Assembly (NCBI GenBank): GCA_902779565.1
Contig: CACZCD010000001.1
Location: forward strand, 3,929-67,928
Direction: 5' to 3'
Length of the DNA: 64,000 nt
From: an uncultured bacterium
Lineage (GTDB): Bacteria; Verrucomicrobiota; Kiritimatiellia; RFP12; UBA1067
Shown here: positions 33,184-42,328 of the stretch, in pieces
How positions within the stretch are numbered: the first letter of the stretch is position 1
Layout of the letters: the number at the start of each line of letters is the position of its first letter
The notes under the pieces: model-generated
The model's input: the letters and a program-made list of their open reading frames with translations, nothing else
Told to the model about the DNA's origin: nothing
The model's database searches: none
Made by a program: the position numbers and the translations under genes

Positions 33184-33228
33184 GGACTTCTTTCCTTTCT
33201 TTGTCTGGTATTCCTCCATTGCCCTATA

Positions 33229-33237
33229 TTATAACAT
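33229..33237 (-). promoter_or_regulatory. Extended -10 TGTTATAAT upstream of the metallophosphoesterase gene
   Basis: The minus strand reads TGTTATAAT about 45 nt upstream of ATG 33183. Confidence 0.45.
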
Positions 33238-33297
33238 ACGATCCGCTCTTCGGGAAACCCGACGAACGGATCGCAGATTGGCCAGTTTAAAACACCG

Positions 33298-33660
33298 CTA
33301 CCAGGAGCGGTAATAGACCGGCGGAGGCGGCGGGGGCGGCGGCGCCACCACAACCGGGGCCGGGGAATAGACCGGGGTGCTATAGACCGGCGTGCTATAG
33401 ACCGGTGTGCTATAAACCGGCGTGCTATAGACTGGCGCAGGCGCCACGACAACTGGCGGACGAACGATGCTGTTCACGATCGCCGCAGTGCCGAGAGCGG
33501 CTCCCGCAATGCCCCATCCGCAATGGTGGTGATGATGATGGTAGCCATGGCCACCATGGAACCTAGGACCGCCATGGAACCCACCATGGAACCCCGGACG
33601 GGCGAACATCACACCTGCCGTTGCCACGACTGCCAGCATTACTATCAGTTTCTTGTTCAT
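33298..33660 (-). CDS. Small secreted His-rich / Pro-rich repeat protein
   Basis: 120 aa. Signal peptide, GFHGGFHGGPRFHGGHGYHHHHHHC, a hydrophobic segment, (PVYST)x5, and a polyproline run. Confidence 0.7.
   Translation of the reverse strand: MNKKLIVMLAVVATAGVMFARPGFHGGFHGGPRFHGGHGYHHHHHHCGWGIAGAALGTAAIVNSIVRPPVVVAPAPVYSTPVYSTPVYSTPVYSTPVYSPAPVVVAPPPPPPPPVYYRSW
33362..33435. repeat. 15-bp tandem repeat (NGTGCTATAGACCGG, 4 full units plus 1 partial) encoding PVYST units
   Basis: Read directly inside the His-rich protein gene. The repeat is in frame (15 bp equals 5 codons). Confidence 0.9.
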
Positions 33661-33792
33661 GTTTTTCTCCTCTTTCTGTCGTTATCGACAATGGGTATGG
33701 CAGCCTCGCCAAAGAAATCTGACAACGTTTTCAAAAAAAATTTTGCGCCGCTTTCTCATAAGGAGGTGCTTAGCCTGAATCTTGCCGGCACA

Positions 33793-36700
33793 TTAGGGCT
33801 TTACGCGCACGGTTTCAGCGGTTGAGTGTGCCGTGAACTCGGGCGCGTACATGCATTGGATCGTCGCAAGCCCGCCGATAAACACGCCGCGCTGCTGCAC
33901 GCGATACGACGTCTCAAGAACGAACACGCCCTTGTTGAGACAGTCGATGTAGTAGTGCGTGGCCGTATCCTTCGTGGACTGATAATAACCCACGCCATCG
34001 CGCCAGCGGTACGACGACAGCACATCCTCCGGCTCCGCGCACGCAGGCCGCTCGTCAGAGAGATGCACGAACTCGTACGTGCGGTCGCTCGTGATCTCAA
34101 GCCGCGCCACGATCTCGTCGCCCGGCTCAAGCACGCCATCGATCGACGTGAGCCGTGTCCCATCCGCGCCCTTCACCTTCTTGTAGTACTTCTTCTCCAC
34201 CCGCAACTCCTTCGGCTCGTGCGCGCGTACCTTAAGGACATCCTCAAAGTACGTCCAGTGGACGCCGCCCCACGCAACGCCCTTCTCGCCCGCACCCGTA
34301 AACGTGATCTCGCCCATCTCGGGCCTGATCTGCGCCGCGGCGTAGCGGTGCGAATACATCCCCGTGCCCGCCTCGGCGTTCGCCACCGGCACCTTCTCGC
34401 CCGCCAGCGTGACCTCGGCCAGCTTGTCGCCCGCCAGCAGATCCGTCCCGCCGCCCAGAAGGAGCGCATAGATCGCGTCCACCGTCGCGGCGGTCGTCGT
34501 CCAATCCTGCGTCTGCTTCTGCTTCAGGAGCCACACGTTGCAGGCATCTGCGCTCTCCTCGTCGCGCGTCACCTCGCGGAACGCCTCAATGATCAGCGCC
34601 TGCGTCGAGACGGGCGCGGCGAACACGCTGCACGAGAAGAAGGACGACCTCTTCCAGTATAGGCCGAGTTCCTCTGAAAGGACGCCCCGCTCCTTGATCG
34701 ACGCCATGATCTTCCGCGCGAACTTTTCCTCGCCCATGCGCTTCAAGGCGATGGCCGCCAGCGCCTGCGAGCTGAGGCCGAAGTCCGTCCACTCCTCCTT
34801 GAGATGCTTGACGAAGAGCTTTGCCGGCTGCGCATCCTTCGCGGCGGCGACGCCCTTGAACGTATGGAGGTAGAGCCAGCGAATGTCGAAGCCATCCACA
34901 TGGAACTTGATGCCCAGTCTCTTCGCCTCCTTGAGCCGCTCCTTCACATCCTCAGAAACGAACGCGTCAAGTGCTTCCACCGCCTCCGCAAAGAAGTCGG
35001 GATACGTCCTCTGCGCCAGGAAGTTGAGCCGCGCGAACCCCGTCAGGATATAGAGCGAGATGCCGGGCGCGGACGGCCCGCCCGGGAACCACGGCCAGAG
35101 TCCGCCGCCACACCGCGCGAGTCGCAACTTCTCAAGGCACTTTTCCTGCTCACCCGCCAGACGGTCGGCGGCGAAGAGTTCACCAAGCCGCGCGCGGGCT
35201 GCGCTTTCGTGCGCCGCCTCACGGACCCACGGCGTCGCTTCAAGCGCAATCGCCTTGAGGTGTTCATCCGTCTCAAGCGGGCTCTTCAGCGTTTCGCCGC
35301 CCGCCGCCTTCCACGCGTCGAACGTGGCGCGGATGCGCGGATCGGCGTTTGCGATGTACTGTCCCAGCGCGTTCGCATAGTAGCGGCTGAACGTCTGCTC
35401 GCAGCATTCGTGCGGGAACTCCATCAGGTACGGAAGCGACAACACCGCGTACCACGCCGGACGCGACACGGCGCGCACCGTGAGATCCTGATGGCGGACC
35501 GTCTCAGACCCCTTGCTCGCCAGCAGGTTCTCGAACCGAAACGATTTCGTCGCCGCGCCACGCACGTTGAGCTGCACGGCCTCGCGCACCATCACGCGGC
35601 GCGCCAGCACCGGCAGCACGCCCTCTTCGCCGTCCGCGAACGCCGCGCCCTTCGCGCGCGCGACATATTTGAGATAGCCGCACCCATCCGGGATCCGCAA
35701 CGGGAACTCGAACGTCTTCGATTCGTGCGGAACCAGGTTGAAAGGTTGAAAGGTTGAAGCGTTGAAAGGTTGAAGCGTTGACGGGTTGGCATTTTCAGCA
35801 GAACTTTTCAACTCTTCAACCTTCAACTCTACAACTCCCTGCTGCGGCGCGTCCTCGGTGTTCGTCACCTTGACGGCAAAGAAGAAGTTGTCACCTTCGC
35901 GCACGAAACGCGGTGCGTTCGGTTCGCACATGAGCGGCTTCGTCGTCACGATCTCGTTGTTGCGGAAGATGTCGCCGCGAAGCGCGTTGTCATGCGCGAC
36001 CATCAGGAACTTCCAGCCCGTGAGCGCGTCCGGCACCGTGAACGAGAACGACACCTTCCCGTCCGCATCCGTCTCCAGGTTCGGGAAGAAGAACGCCGTC
36101 TCCTTCAGGTTCGTGCGCGGCGGCGCATCCGGTTCCTTCTCGGACTTCGCGGATGGTGCAGCACCACACACCGCCACCGTTTCTTCTTCCAAGACGCACC
36201 TTTCATTCATCACGCCCATCCCGGCCGCGGCGGACTTGCAGACCATGCCGCCCCGTCTTCGCAGTCTGCCATACTCGTACAGCGACCGCCACGAAGGCCA
36301 TCGGAAGTTGGAGAACCACGTGGACTTGCTTGGGAACCGACCGCCGAGATCCATCAGCTCCGTGGTCGTATTCTGGATTGCCGGACTTCCGAGCCAGCGC
36401 GTCCAGGGCGTAAAGTGACTTGAAAAACCGAGCGACACATCATGCCATTTGTACGCATCGAGCGAACGGTCGTACATGAAAGCGAGCACTTCCGCAGGGC
36501 CCGACACCTTGAACGTCCATATTTCCTTGTTGCCGGGATTGAGCTTGCTCGTCAGGTGCTCCGCCGTGATATCCAGATACTTGTTGTCCCACGGCACATT
36601 CACGCAGGTGCTGTCGCAATAGATGCGGTTCTCGCGCACGAAGGTGGTCTCAATCCTCACTTCGCCGCGATGCTCCTCCTGGATCGGCAGCTCGAAAAAC

Positions 36701-39663
36701 CAAGATGGGCTCTCCCCGCCGATCGTCTTTTCAAGAAGCGTCTTCCGGTTGTTCGTCACCTTCACGCGGCACCAGCCCGTCGCATAGCCCGAGCCCCAAT
36801 AGGCGCGGAGCGTCTCGCCGACCTTCACCATCCCCCTCTCCGAGCAGAAGTAGGTCGGCACGGCAATTCCAAGGCCTTTCGCGGACGGATCGAACACGAA
36901 GACTTCTGCGTAGTCCTTCACCGTCTTGCCGTTCGGATCCTTCGCTTCGAACATGAGACGATAGGCACCGACACCGAGCTTGATCTCGCCCGTCCACTTC
37001 TCCGGCTTGTCCGTGGAGATATCGAGCGACAGCACCTCTTCGCCCATCTTCCACGTCTTCCAGTCCCAAGGACCTTTCACGTTCCGGTCAGAGCCGTAGC
37101 GGCCCTCACCCGCCGGCTTGCGAACCGGCCTTTCGGGTGCGACGAGCCGATAGGCCTTCAGCGTGCCCTTGACCGGCAGCGGCGCACCTGCAAGCGAGTT
37201 GATCGTCACACGCGGCGCAACAGGCACGTCAGGCGTCTGCCATTTTTCGCCGGTCCACACGCTTGCGCGCCAGGCCACGGTTCCGATCTCGAACGACGAC
37301 TCCGCCGTGTGCTCCTCGCCCGTTTCGTCCGTCACCTCCGCCGTCACCGAAAACTCGAACGACGGATCGCCCGACAGGTCGGCTTTAGGAGAAGCGACGG
37401 GTGTGAACGTCACCTCGAAGACGCCGTTGCCGTCCGTCTTCGCCTCTCCCTTCCCGACAAAGTTTTCACCGTCATCGTCTGACGTGCCACCGAACCATCG
37501 CCACCAGCTGGGATAGCGCGTGGCGCGCTCCACCGACCATTTGACCTTCGCGTTCTGCACGGGAAGCCCCGAGTAGGTGAGCGCCTTGCCCGTCACCGTC
37601 ACCGGCACGCCCAGCGTCCCCTGCTCCGGCGCCGCCTCGAACGAGACGGTGAACTTCGGCCGCTTGTACTCCTCCACGTTCACGCGCTTCTGCGATTCGC
37701 CTGTCTTGCCATCCTTCAGGACGACGCGCGCCATCACCGTGTATTCACCGGTAAGCCGATCCGTCGGCGCCGTGAAAGTGTAGGTGAACGATCCCCACTT
37801 GTTCGTGCGGAGGCGTTTCGCGGCGACTTCCTTATCGTTCGGATCGCTGAATGTCACGAGTACCAGTTCATCCGGCAGCGTGTGGAAATCCTGCGTATGC
37901 GGATTCGCGTGGTAGGCGATGCCCTTCACCCGGATCTCCTGACCCGGACGGTAGATCGCACGGTCGGTGAAGAGATCCATGTATTCGTACTTCGGCGCTT
38001 CGTACGATTCGCTGCCCGATCCCTCGCTGCCGAGGGAAAGCACTTCGTCATTCTCCTTGATGACGCGAACGTTCCGCATCAGCGCGTTATAGTCGTCCTT
38101 CTTCGCCACGTCGGCGACAAAACGTCCATCCTTGTCCGTCACATACGTCTCGCGCAGCACCAGAACGCGTCCGCCTTGGGGCGGGTACCCCCAAAGCTCC
38201 ACCTTCGCGTCCGCGACCGTCTCACCGGACTCCGCACGATAGACCGTGCCGCCGAACGCGCCGTTGCCCGTCTCAAGGGCGAGCGCCAGCGATGTGACGG
38301 TGACATACTGCGCGAACAGCGGCTGCTTGTCCGAACCGAAGGCCTCGTTCCCGGCCGCGTAGAGGACATAGTGTCCAACCTTCAGATCCGACGGCGCCGT
38401 GAACTTGAACGTCTGCTCGGTGTAGTCCGGCTTCAGCGGAAGCACTTCCTTCCACTCCTTGACCGGGCGGCGCGACAGGTACTTGTTCTTCATCTCATCG
38501 CGAGCGCCCCCCCGTCCGGCCGAGCCCATCGAGGTGTCATTGACGAGGTCCTGGAACGAAACCGGCACAAGGCGGAAGTGGACTTCCGTGAGGTTCTTCG
38601 CGCGAACCTCAATCTCCGGCCAGGGTGCACACCAGTTGCGTTCAATCTTGCACGCCAGCTTCTTCCCCTCGATGGCGGCGACAATGTTGGCGCATTTCTT
38701 CCCCCCCGGCGAATCGGACCACTTCGCCTCGTATTCAGCGGCAAGATCATGCGCCGCGAGAAGATTGGTTTTACAGAGCTGCTCCGCCTTCAGTGCCGCC
38801 GCGTAGGCGACGGCTTCGGTTTTCCCCTCGTACCGCTTGATGAAATTATCCAGAAACGCCCCGAACACGGCTTCGCGCGCCTTCTCTGGCTGGTTGTCGA
38901 ACGAACGGATGTACTCGGCGGCGTCCAGCTCAGCCATCGCGAGCGCATCGGCGTTTCCGTCTCCTTGATGAAAATCAATCAGCCGTCGATAGAGCGCGAG
39001 ACCCTTTTCAAGCGTCTTGTCCGGAATCGTCTCGCCGTAAAAGCTGATGGCATCCCGCACGGCGAAATCGTAGAGTGTCGGCACATACGTTTTCGGATAG
39101 TCGCCACGATGGAAAATCTCCGTCCAGTCCGCGAGCATCATCCCCTTCAGCTCTTCGGCATAAGCGAACACCTTCGCGAACTGCATCTCGAGCGTGTCGG
39201 CGATCTTCTCGGGCGACCATGGCGGCATCTTGTCGGCGGCGGCGGCCTCGTCCAGCTTCGTCGGCGCGGCGCCGCCCCAGCGCCACCGGCGCGAGTTCTC
39301 CTGGTAGGTGTGGGCGAGGTGGAGCTGGAGGACGGCCTGAAGCGGCGCGGGCTGCGCATCAACCGACGCGGCAAAGGCCGGCAGCCAATTCTGCGGCAGT
39401 TCGTCTCGAAACTCCTTCATCGCCTGCTCGCGGACAAGAAAGGCCCGTGCGGCATCAGGCCAACGCGCGGCGGCGACGGCCTCGCGCGCAATCTCCTCCA
39501 CCTTGTTTGTGACGGTGCGCGGCAGTCCGTTTTCCTGCGCCTCCTCGACGGCCTTCCAGGCCTTGGCGAAATTGTACGCTCCCATGACAGCTCCCTTCAG
39601 GGTGACGGAGGCGGCAAGAATCGCCAGCGCCCATACGGTTCTTTTTCGGCTTATTAGACTCAT
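33793..39663 (-). CDS. Alpha-2-macroglobulin family protein (large bacterial A2M with a thioester motif)
   Basis: 1956 aa. MG-domain architecture, the thioester-type motif FPHECCEQT (CxEQ), and C-terminal A2M receptor-like region. Start placed at ATG 39663 (MSLISRKR..., signal peptide). Confidence 0.9.
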   Translation of the reverse strand: MSLISRKRTVWALAILAASVTLKGAVMGAYNFAKAWKAVEEAQENGLPRTVTNKVEEIAREAVAAARWPDAARAFLVREQAMKEFRDELPQNWLPAFAASVDAQPAPLQAVLQLHLAHTYQENSRRWRWGGAAPTKLDEAAAADKMPPWSPEKIADTLEMQFAKVFAYAEELKGMMLADWTEIFHRGDYPKTYVPTLYDFAVRDAISFYGETIPDKTLEKGLALYRRLIDFHQGDGNADALAMAELDAAEYIRSFDNQPEKAREAVFGAFLDNFIKRYEGKTEAVAYAAALKAEQLCKTNLLAAHDLAAEYEAKWSDSPGGKKCANIVAAIEGKKLACKIERNWCAPWPEIEVRAKNLTEVHFRLVPVSFQDLVNDTSMGSAGRGGARDEMKNKYLSRRPVKEWKEVLPLKPDYTEQTFKFTAPSDLKVGHYVLYAAGNEAFGSDKQPLFAQYVTVTSLALALETGNGAFGGTVYRAESGETVADAKVELWGYPPQGGRVLVLRETYVTDKDGRFVADVAKKDDYNALMRNVRVIKENDEVLSLGSEGSGSESYEAPKYEYMDLFTDRAIYRPGQEIRVKGIAYHANPHTQDFHTLPDELVLVTFSDPNDKEVAAKRLRTNKWGSFTYTFTAPTDRLTGEYTVMARVVLKDGKTGESQKRVNVEEYKRPKFTVSFEAAPEQGTLGVPVTVTGKALTYSGLPVQNAKVKWSVERATRYPSWWRWFGGTSDDDGENFVGKGEAKTDGNGVFEVTFTPVASPKADLSGDPSFEFSVTAEVTDETGEEHTAESSFEIGTVAWRASVWTGEKWQTPDVPVAPRVTINSLAGAPLPVKGTLKAYRLVAPERPVRKPAGEGRYGSDRNVKGPWDWKTWKMGEEVLSLDISTDKPEKWTGEIKLGVGAYRLMFEAKDPNGKTVKDYAEVFVFDPSAKGLGIAVPTYFCSERGMVKVGETLRAYWGSGYATGWCRVKVTNNRKTLLEKTIGGESPSWFFELPIQEEHRGEVRIETTFVRENRIYCDSTCVNVPWDNKYLDITAEHLTSKLNPGNKEIWTFKVSGPAEVLAFMYDRSLDAYKWHDVSLGFSSHFTPWTRWLGSPAIQNTTTELMDLGGRFPSKSTWFSNFRWPSWRSLYEYGRLRRRGGMVCKSAAAGMGVMNERCVLEEETVAVCGAAPSAKSEKEPDAPPRTNLKETAFFFPNLETDADGKVSFSFTVPDALTGWKFLMVAHDNALRGDIFRNNEIVTTKPLMCEPNAPRFVREGDNFFFAVKVTNTEDAPQQGVVELKVEELKSSAENANPSTLQPFNASTFQPFNLVPHESKTFEFPLRIPDGCGYLKYVARAKGAAFADGEEGVLPVLARRVMVREAVQLNVRGAATKSFRFENLLASKGSETVRHQDLTVRAVSRPAWYAVLSLPYLMEFPHECCEQTFSRYYANALGQYIANADPRIRATFDAWKAAGGETLKSPLETDEHLKAIALEATPWVREAAHESAARARLGELFAADRLAGEQEKCLEKLRLARCGGGLWPWFPGGPSAPGISLYILTGFARLNFLAQRTYPDFFAEAVEALDAFVSEDVKERLKEAKRLGIKFHVDGFDIRWLYLHTFKGVAAAKDAQPAKLFVKHLKEEWTDFGLSSQALAAIALKRMGEEKFARKIMASIKERGVLSEELGLYWKRSSFFSCSVFAAPVSTQALIIEAFREVTRDEESADACNVWLLKQKQTQDWTTTAATVDAIYALLLGGGTDLLAGDKLAEVTLAGEKVPVANAEAGTGMYSHRYAAAQIRPEMGEITFTGAGEKGVAWGGVHWTYFEDVLKVRAHEPKELRVEKKYYKKVKGADGTRLTSIDGVLEPGDEIVARLEITSDRTYEFVHLSDERPACAEPEDVLSSYRWRDGVGYYQSTKDTATHYYIDCLNKGVFVLETSYRVQQRGVFIGGLATIQCMYAPEFTAHSTAETVRVKP
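35737..35835. repeat. 99-bp imperfect-palindromic octamer-repeat element, in frame within the A2M gene
   Basis: The plus strand reads (GTTGAAAG/GTTGAAGC)x5 GTTGACGG GTTGGCAT-tttcagcagaac-TTTTCAAC TCTTCAAC CTTCAAC TCTACAAC. It encodes VVELKVEELKSSAENANPSTLQPFNASTFQPFN. Confidence 0.85.
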
Positions 39664-39670
39664 GCACGCT

Positions 39671-39699
39671 ATTATACAGAAATGCCGCCCGTCAGGCAA
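39671..39699 (-). promoter_or_regulatory. A2M promoter TTGCCT-N17-TATAAT; the -10 ends 7 nt from the ATG (leaderless geometry)
   Basis: The minus strand reads TTGCCT gacgggcggcatttctg TATAAT agcgtgc ATG, with no SD. Confidence 0.55.
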
Positions 39700-39759
39700 T
39701 GGCCTCCCACGCGCTATATGTTGACCTTATTCCCCGGCTGTCAACACTGTTGTGGGGTT

Positions 39760-41526
39760 CTATCTCTTCTTCATTGGAGACAACCGCTCAATGACGAGAC
39801 GCCCGGGTTTCATGCGGCTCTTCACGCCACGCTCGAAGTAGATGTGGTAGGAATCCGACTCGCCACGCTTGTCGGGCCTGCCGTTAACATGCTCCATCAC
39901 ATAGCGCATGCTGCCGGACTTCCCGGGCGGCGTGGAGTAGCGCGTTGAGCCGAAGCCCGGTCCCTTCGCGTTGCTGAGGCGAATGTTCCACCGGGTCGAA
40001 CCCTCCGGCTGGTCGCTCTCCAGATCGAACGTAACGCGGAACTCCGTGCCCGCCTTACCCGCGAACAGCCCTTCCGGCAGACGTATCACCCAGTCGCTGC
40101 TGCCGAACGGACCGTACCATCCGTCCTTGCCCGCTTTCGCGCGCCGCTTCCCTTCCGCCGCAAGCCTGCGCGGATAGATGCCAAACTCGGCGGCGGGATC
40201 GGCGGACTCCAGCACCACCGTCCCCCGCGTCCACTCCGGAACGGTCACCTCGTTCGAGAGGATCTTCCCCTTGCCGAACACACGGAACGGGTTCATGGGC
40301 GTAACCACGAACCTCACCGTATCCCCGACCGTCAGGAACGGCGCCTCGAAGAGCGTCTCCAGAACGGGCTGGCGCTCCTTCGGCGGCAGCCACCAGTCGC
40401 CCAGCATTTCGCGCCACGTGAACTGCTCCCACGCGCCATTCGCGCCCTTGCGCTCCGCCGCGATCACGTACTTGAACGCGGAAGGTCCGGCGGACGGGAT
40501 TGTAAGCGAAAAGCCCTGGAACGGCGAACCTTTCGCCTCCGCCTTCACCGTGGCACCCGCCTCAAACTCCGGGACGGGGCACTCCGCCTTCGCAACCTCG
40601 CGCCGCCACGGGGCGGTTTCGGCGACGAACGGGAGCGGCACGATCCACGGCTTGCCGGGCAGGATCTCGCTACCGTCTCGCACGTCCCAGCGGCGAACGT
40701 CGAGCCGGTCGGCGAAGACGTCCACGGTGATCACGCCGTACGACTGCCGGCGCGGTTCGGGATGGCCGATCGTGAACGAACCCCAGTTCTGGAGGCAACC
40801 GGAGCTGATCGCCGTGAACTTCCCCTGGCGGATGTGCAGGTCGTTGCGGACGGTACCGTGCGCGTGACCGCAGAAGTACACCACCTGCGGGAACTTGGAG
40901 AGGATCTCGGTGCGCCTCGGGTCGGGAACGCCCCACACGCCGCCGGCGGGGATGTGGTCCGTCACGAACACCGGCTTGCCCGGGTTGGCGGCGCAGGCGT
41001 CGGCGATGCGCTTTTCATACTCATCCCAGCCGATGAACCCTTTGCTTCCCACAAACTGCGGGAACACCACGAAGGTGTAGCCCTTGTGGACGACGGTATC
41101 GGTGTGGGAGTTGGGTGCCTTCAGGAGCACCCGCGTCTCCTCAAATGCCTCCGGCGCGTCCCGCACGGCCATCTCGCGCGCGTGACCTTTATAAGCAAAG
41201 GCGTCGTGCCAGGCATAGACGTAGATCTCGCCGGGCTTCTGCTCCGCGCCGGCGAACACCTCGTCGAACACCTGCCGGTAGGCCTGGTAGCCGGTTGGGT
41301 AGTGCCAGTCGGCGATGTCGCCCGTGTTGATCACGAGCTCGCATCCCTTCGAGCGGAAGAGCTGGAGCGCGAGCTTCACGCGTCCGCAGCTCTCGACCGT
41401 CTTGCCGACGTGCGTATCGGTCATCACGCCAAACCGGAACAGCGGCTTCTCATCCGCCGCCCAAAGCCGAACCCCAAGCGGCGCCAGCATCGCACCGCCG
41501 AGAAATGTGCGTCTCGTTGTTCTCAT
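39760..41526 (-). CDS. Exported metallophosphoesterase with a large C-terminal extension
   Basis: MRTTRRTFLGGAMLAPLG (Tat-like leader), then GVMTDTHVG...NTGDIAD...FCGHAHGT motifs. Start placed at ATG 41526. Confidence 0.82.
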   Translation of the reverse strand: MRTTRRTFLGGAMLAPLGVRLWAADEKPLFRFGVMTDTHVGKTVESCGRVKLALQLFRSKGCELVINTGDIADWHYPTGYQAYRQVFDEVFAGAEQKPGEIYVYAWHDAFAYKGHAREMAVRDAPEAFEETRVLLKAPNSHTDTVVHKGYTFVVFPQFVGSKGFIGWDEYEKRIADACAANPGKPVFVTDHIPAGGVWGVPDPRRTEILSKFPQVVYFCGHAHGTVRNDLHIRQGKFTAISSGCLQNWGSFTIGHPEPRRQSYGVITVDVFADRLDVRRWDVRDGSEILPGKPWIVPLPFVAETAPWRREVAKAECPVPEFEAGATVKAEAKGSPFQGFSLTIPSAGPSAFKYVIAAERKGANGAWEQFTWREMLGDWWLPPKERQPVLETLFEAPFLTVGDTVRFVVTPMNPFRVFGKGKILSNEVTVPEWTRGTVVLESADPAAEFGIYPRRLAAEGKRRAKAGKDGWYGPFGSSDWVIRLPEGLFAGKAGTEFRVTFDLESDQPEGSTRWNIRLSNAKGPGFGSTRYSTPPGKSGSMRYVMEHVNGRPDKRGESDSYHIYFERGVKSRMKPGRLVIERLSPMKKR

Positions 41527-41561
41527 TGTGTACGCATTCCTTTCTTTTGTTGTGGTCGCGA

Positions 41562-41589
41562 TTTTACCACATCCGCCCCGCCCGTTCAA
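41562..41589 (-). promoter_or_regulatory. Promoter TTGAAC-N17-TAAAAT with a TGG extended -10
   Basis: The minus strand reads TTGAAC gggcggggcggatgTGG TAAAAT, followed by a 35-nt leader with AAAGGAA, then ATG 41526. Confidence 0.6.
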
Positions 41590-41593
41590 CAGG

Positions 41594-42328
41594 TCAGGGC
41601 GTAGAAGGCGCGATGTAGCGGTAGCCGACGCCGTGGATGGTTTCGATGCAGTCGGCCGCGCGCCCCAGCTTCCGCCGGACTTTCATGACATACTGGTCAA
41701 CGGTACGGGTGTTTCCGCCAACGCCGCCGCCCCAGAACTCATTGAGGAGCGAGTCCCGCGAAATGACCTCGCCCGGATGTTCCGCGAGCCGCCGCAGCAC
41801 CTGTATCTCACGGAACGACAGCGCCTCTTCACGTCCCTTGGCATCCACAAGCGCGAAACGCTTCACATCCACCCGATACGGTCCAATCTTGAAATCCCCC
41901 GTCGCCGCCAGCGCACGGTCCGGCACGGGCGGCGGCACCGGTGAGACGGCGGCCGGCGCCGTGCCGCGCGTACGCCGGAACACCGCCCGGATCCGGGAGA
42001 CGAGCACGTTGCGGTCGAACGGCTTGGGCAGATAGTCGTCCGAACCGAGATTGAGACCCATCGCAACATCGGCCGGTGCACCTTTGGCCGAAAGGAAGAT
42101 GATCGGAAGCGCCGGATCGTTCTGGCGAATCTGCTTCAAGACCCTGTAGCCGTTCTTCTTCGGCATCATGATGTCGAGCAGCAGCATGTCGGGGCGGCAC
42201 TTCGCGTATTCCGCCAGCGCCTCCTCGCCGTTCGCCGCCAAGCGCACGGTATGCCCTTCCTCGGCCAGAAGGATCGACAGCGTGTTGCGGATGGACGGCG
42301 TGTCATCCGCCACAAGTATGTCAGCCAT
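41594..42328 (-). CDS. OmpR-family response regulator
   Basis: Receiver domain (ILVADD...LLLDIMMPKKNGY...SAKG) plus a C-terminal winged-helix (trans_reg_C). Confidence 0.92.
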   Translation of the reverse strand: MADILVADDTPSIRNTLSILLAEEGHTVRLAANGEEALAEYAKCRPDMLLLDIMMPKKNGYRVLKQIRQNDPALPIIFLSAKGAPADVAMGLNLGSDDYLPKPFDRNVLVSRIRAVFRRTRGTAPAAVSPVPPPVPDRALAATGDFKIGPYRVDVKRFALVDAKGREEALSFREIQVLRRLAEHPGEVISRDSLLNEFWGGGVGGNTRTVDQYVMKVRRKLGRAADCIETIHGVGYRYIAPSTP

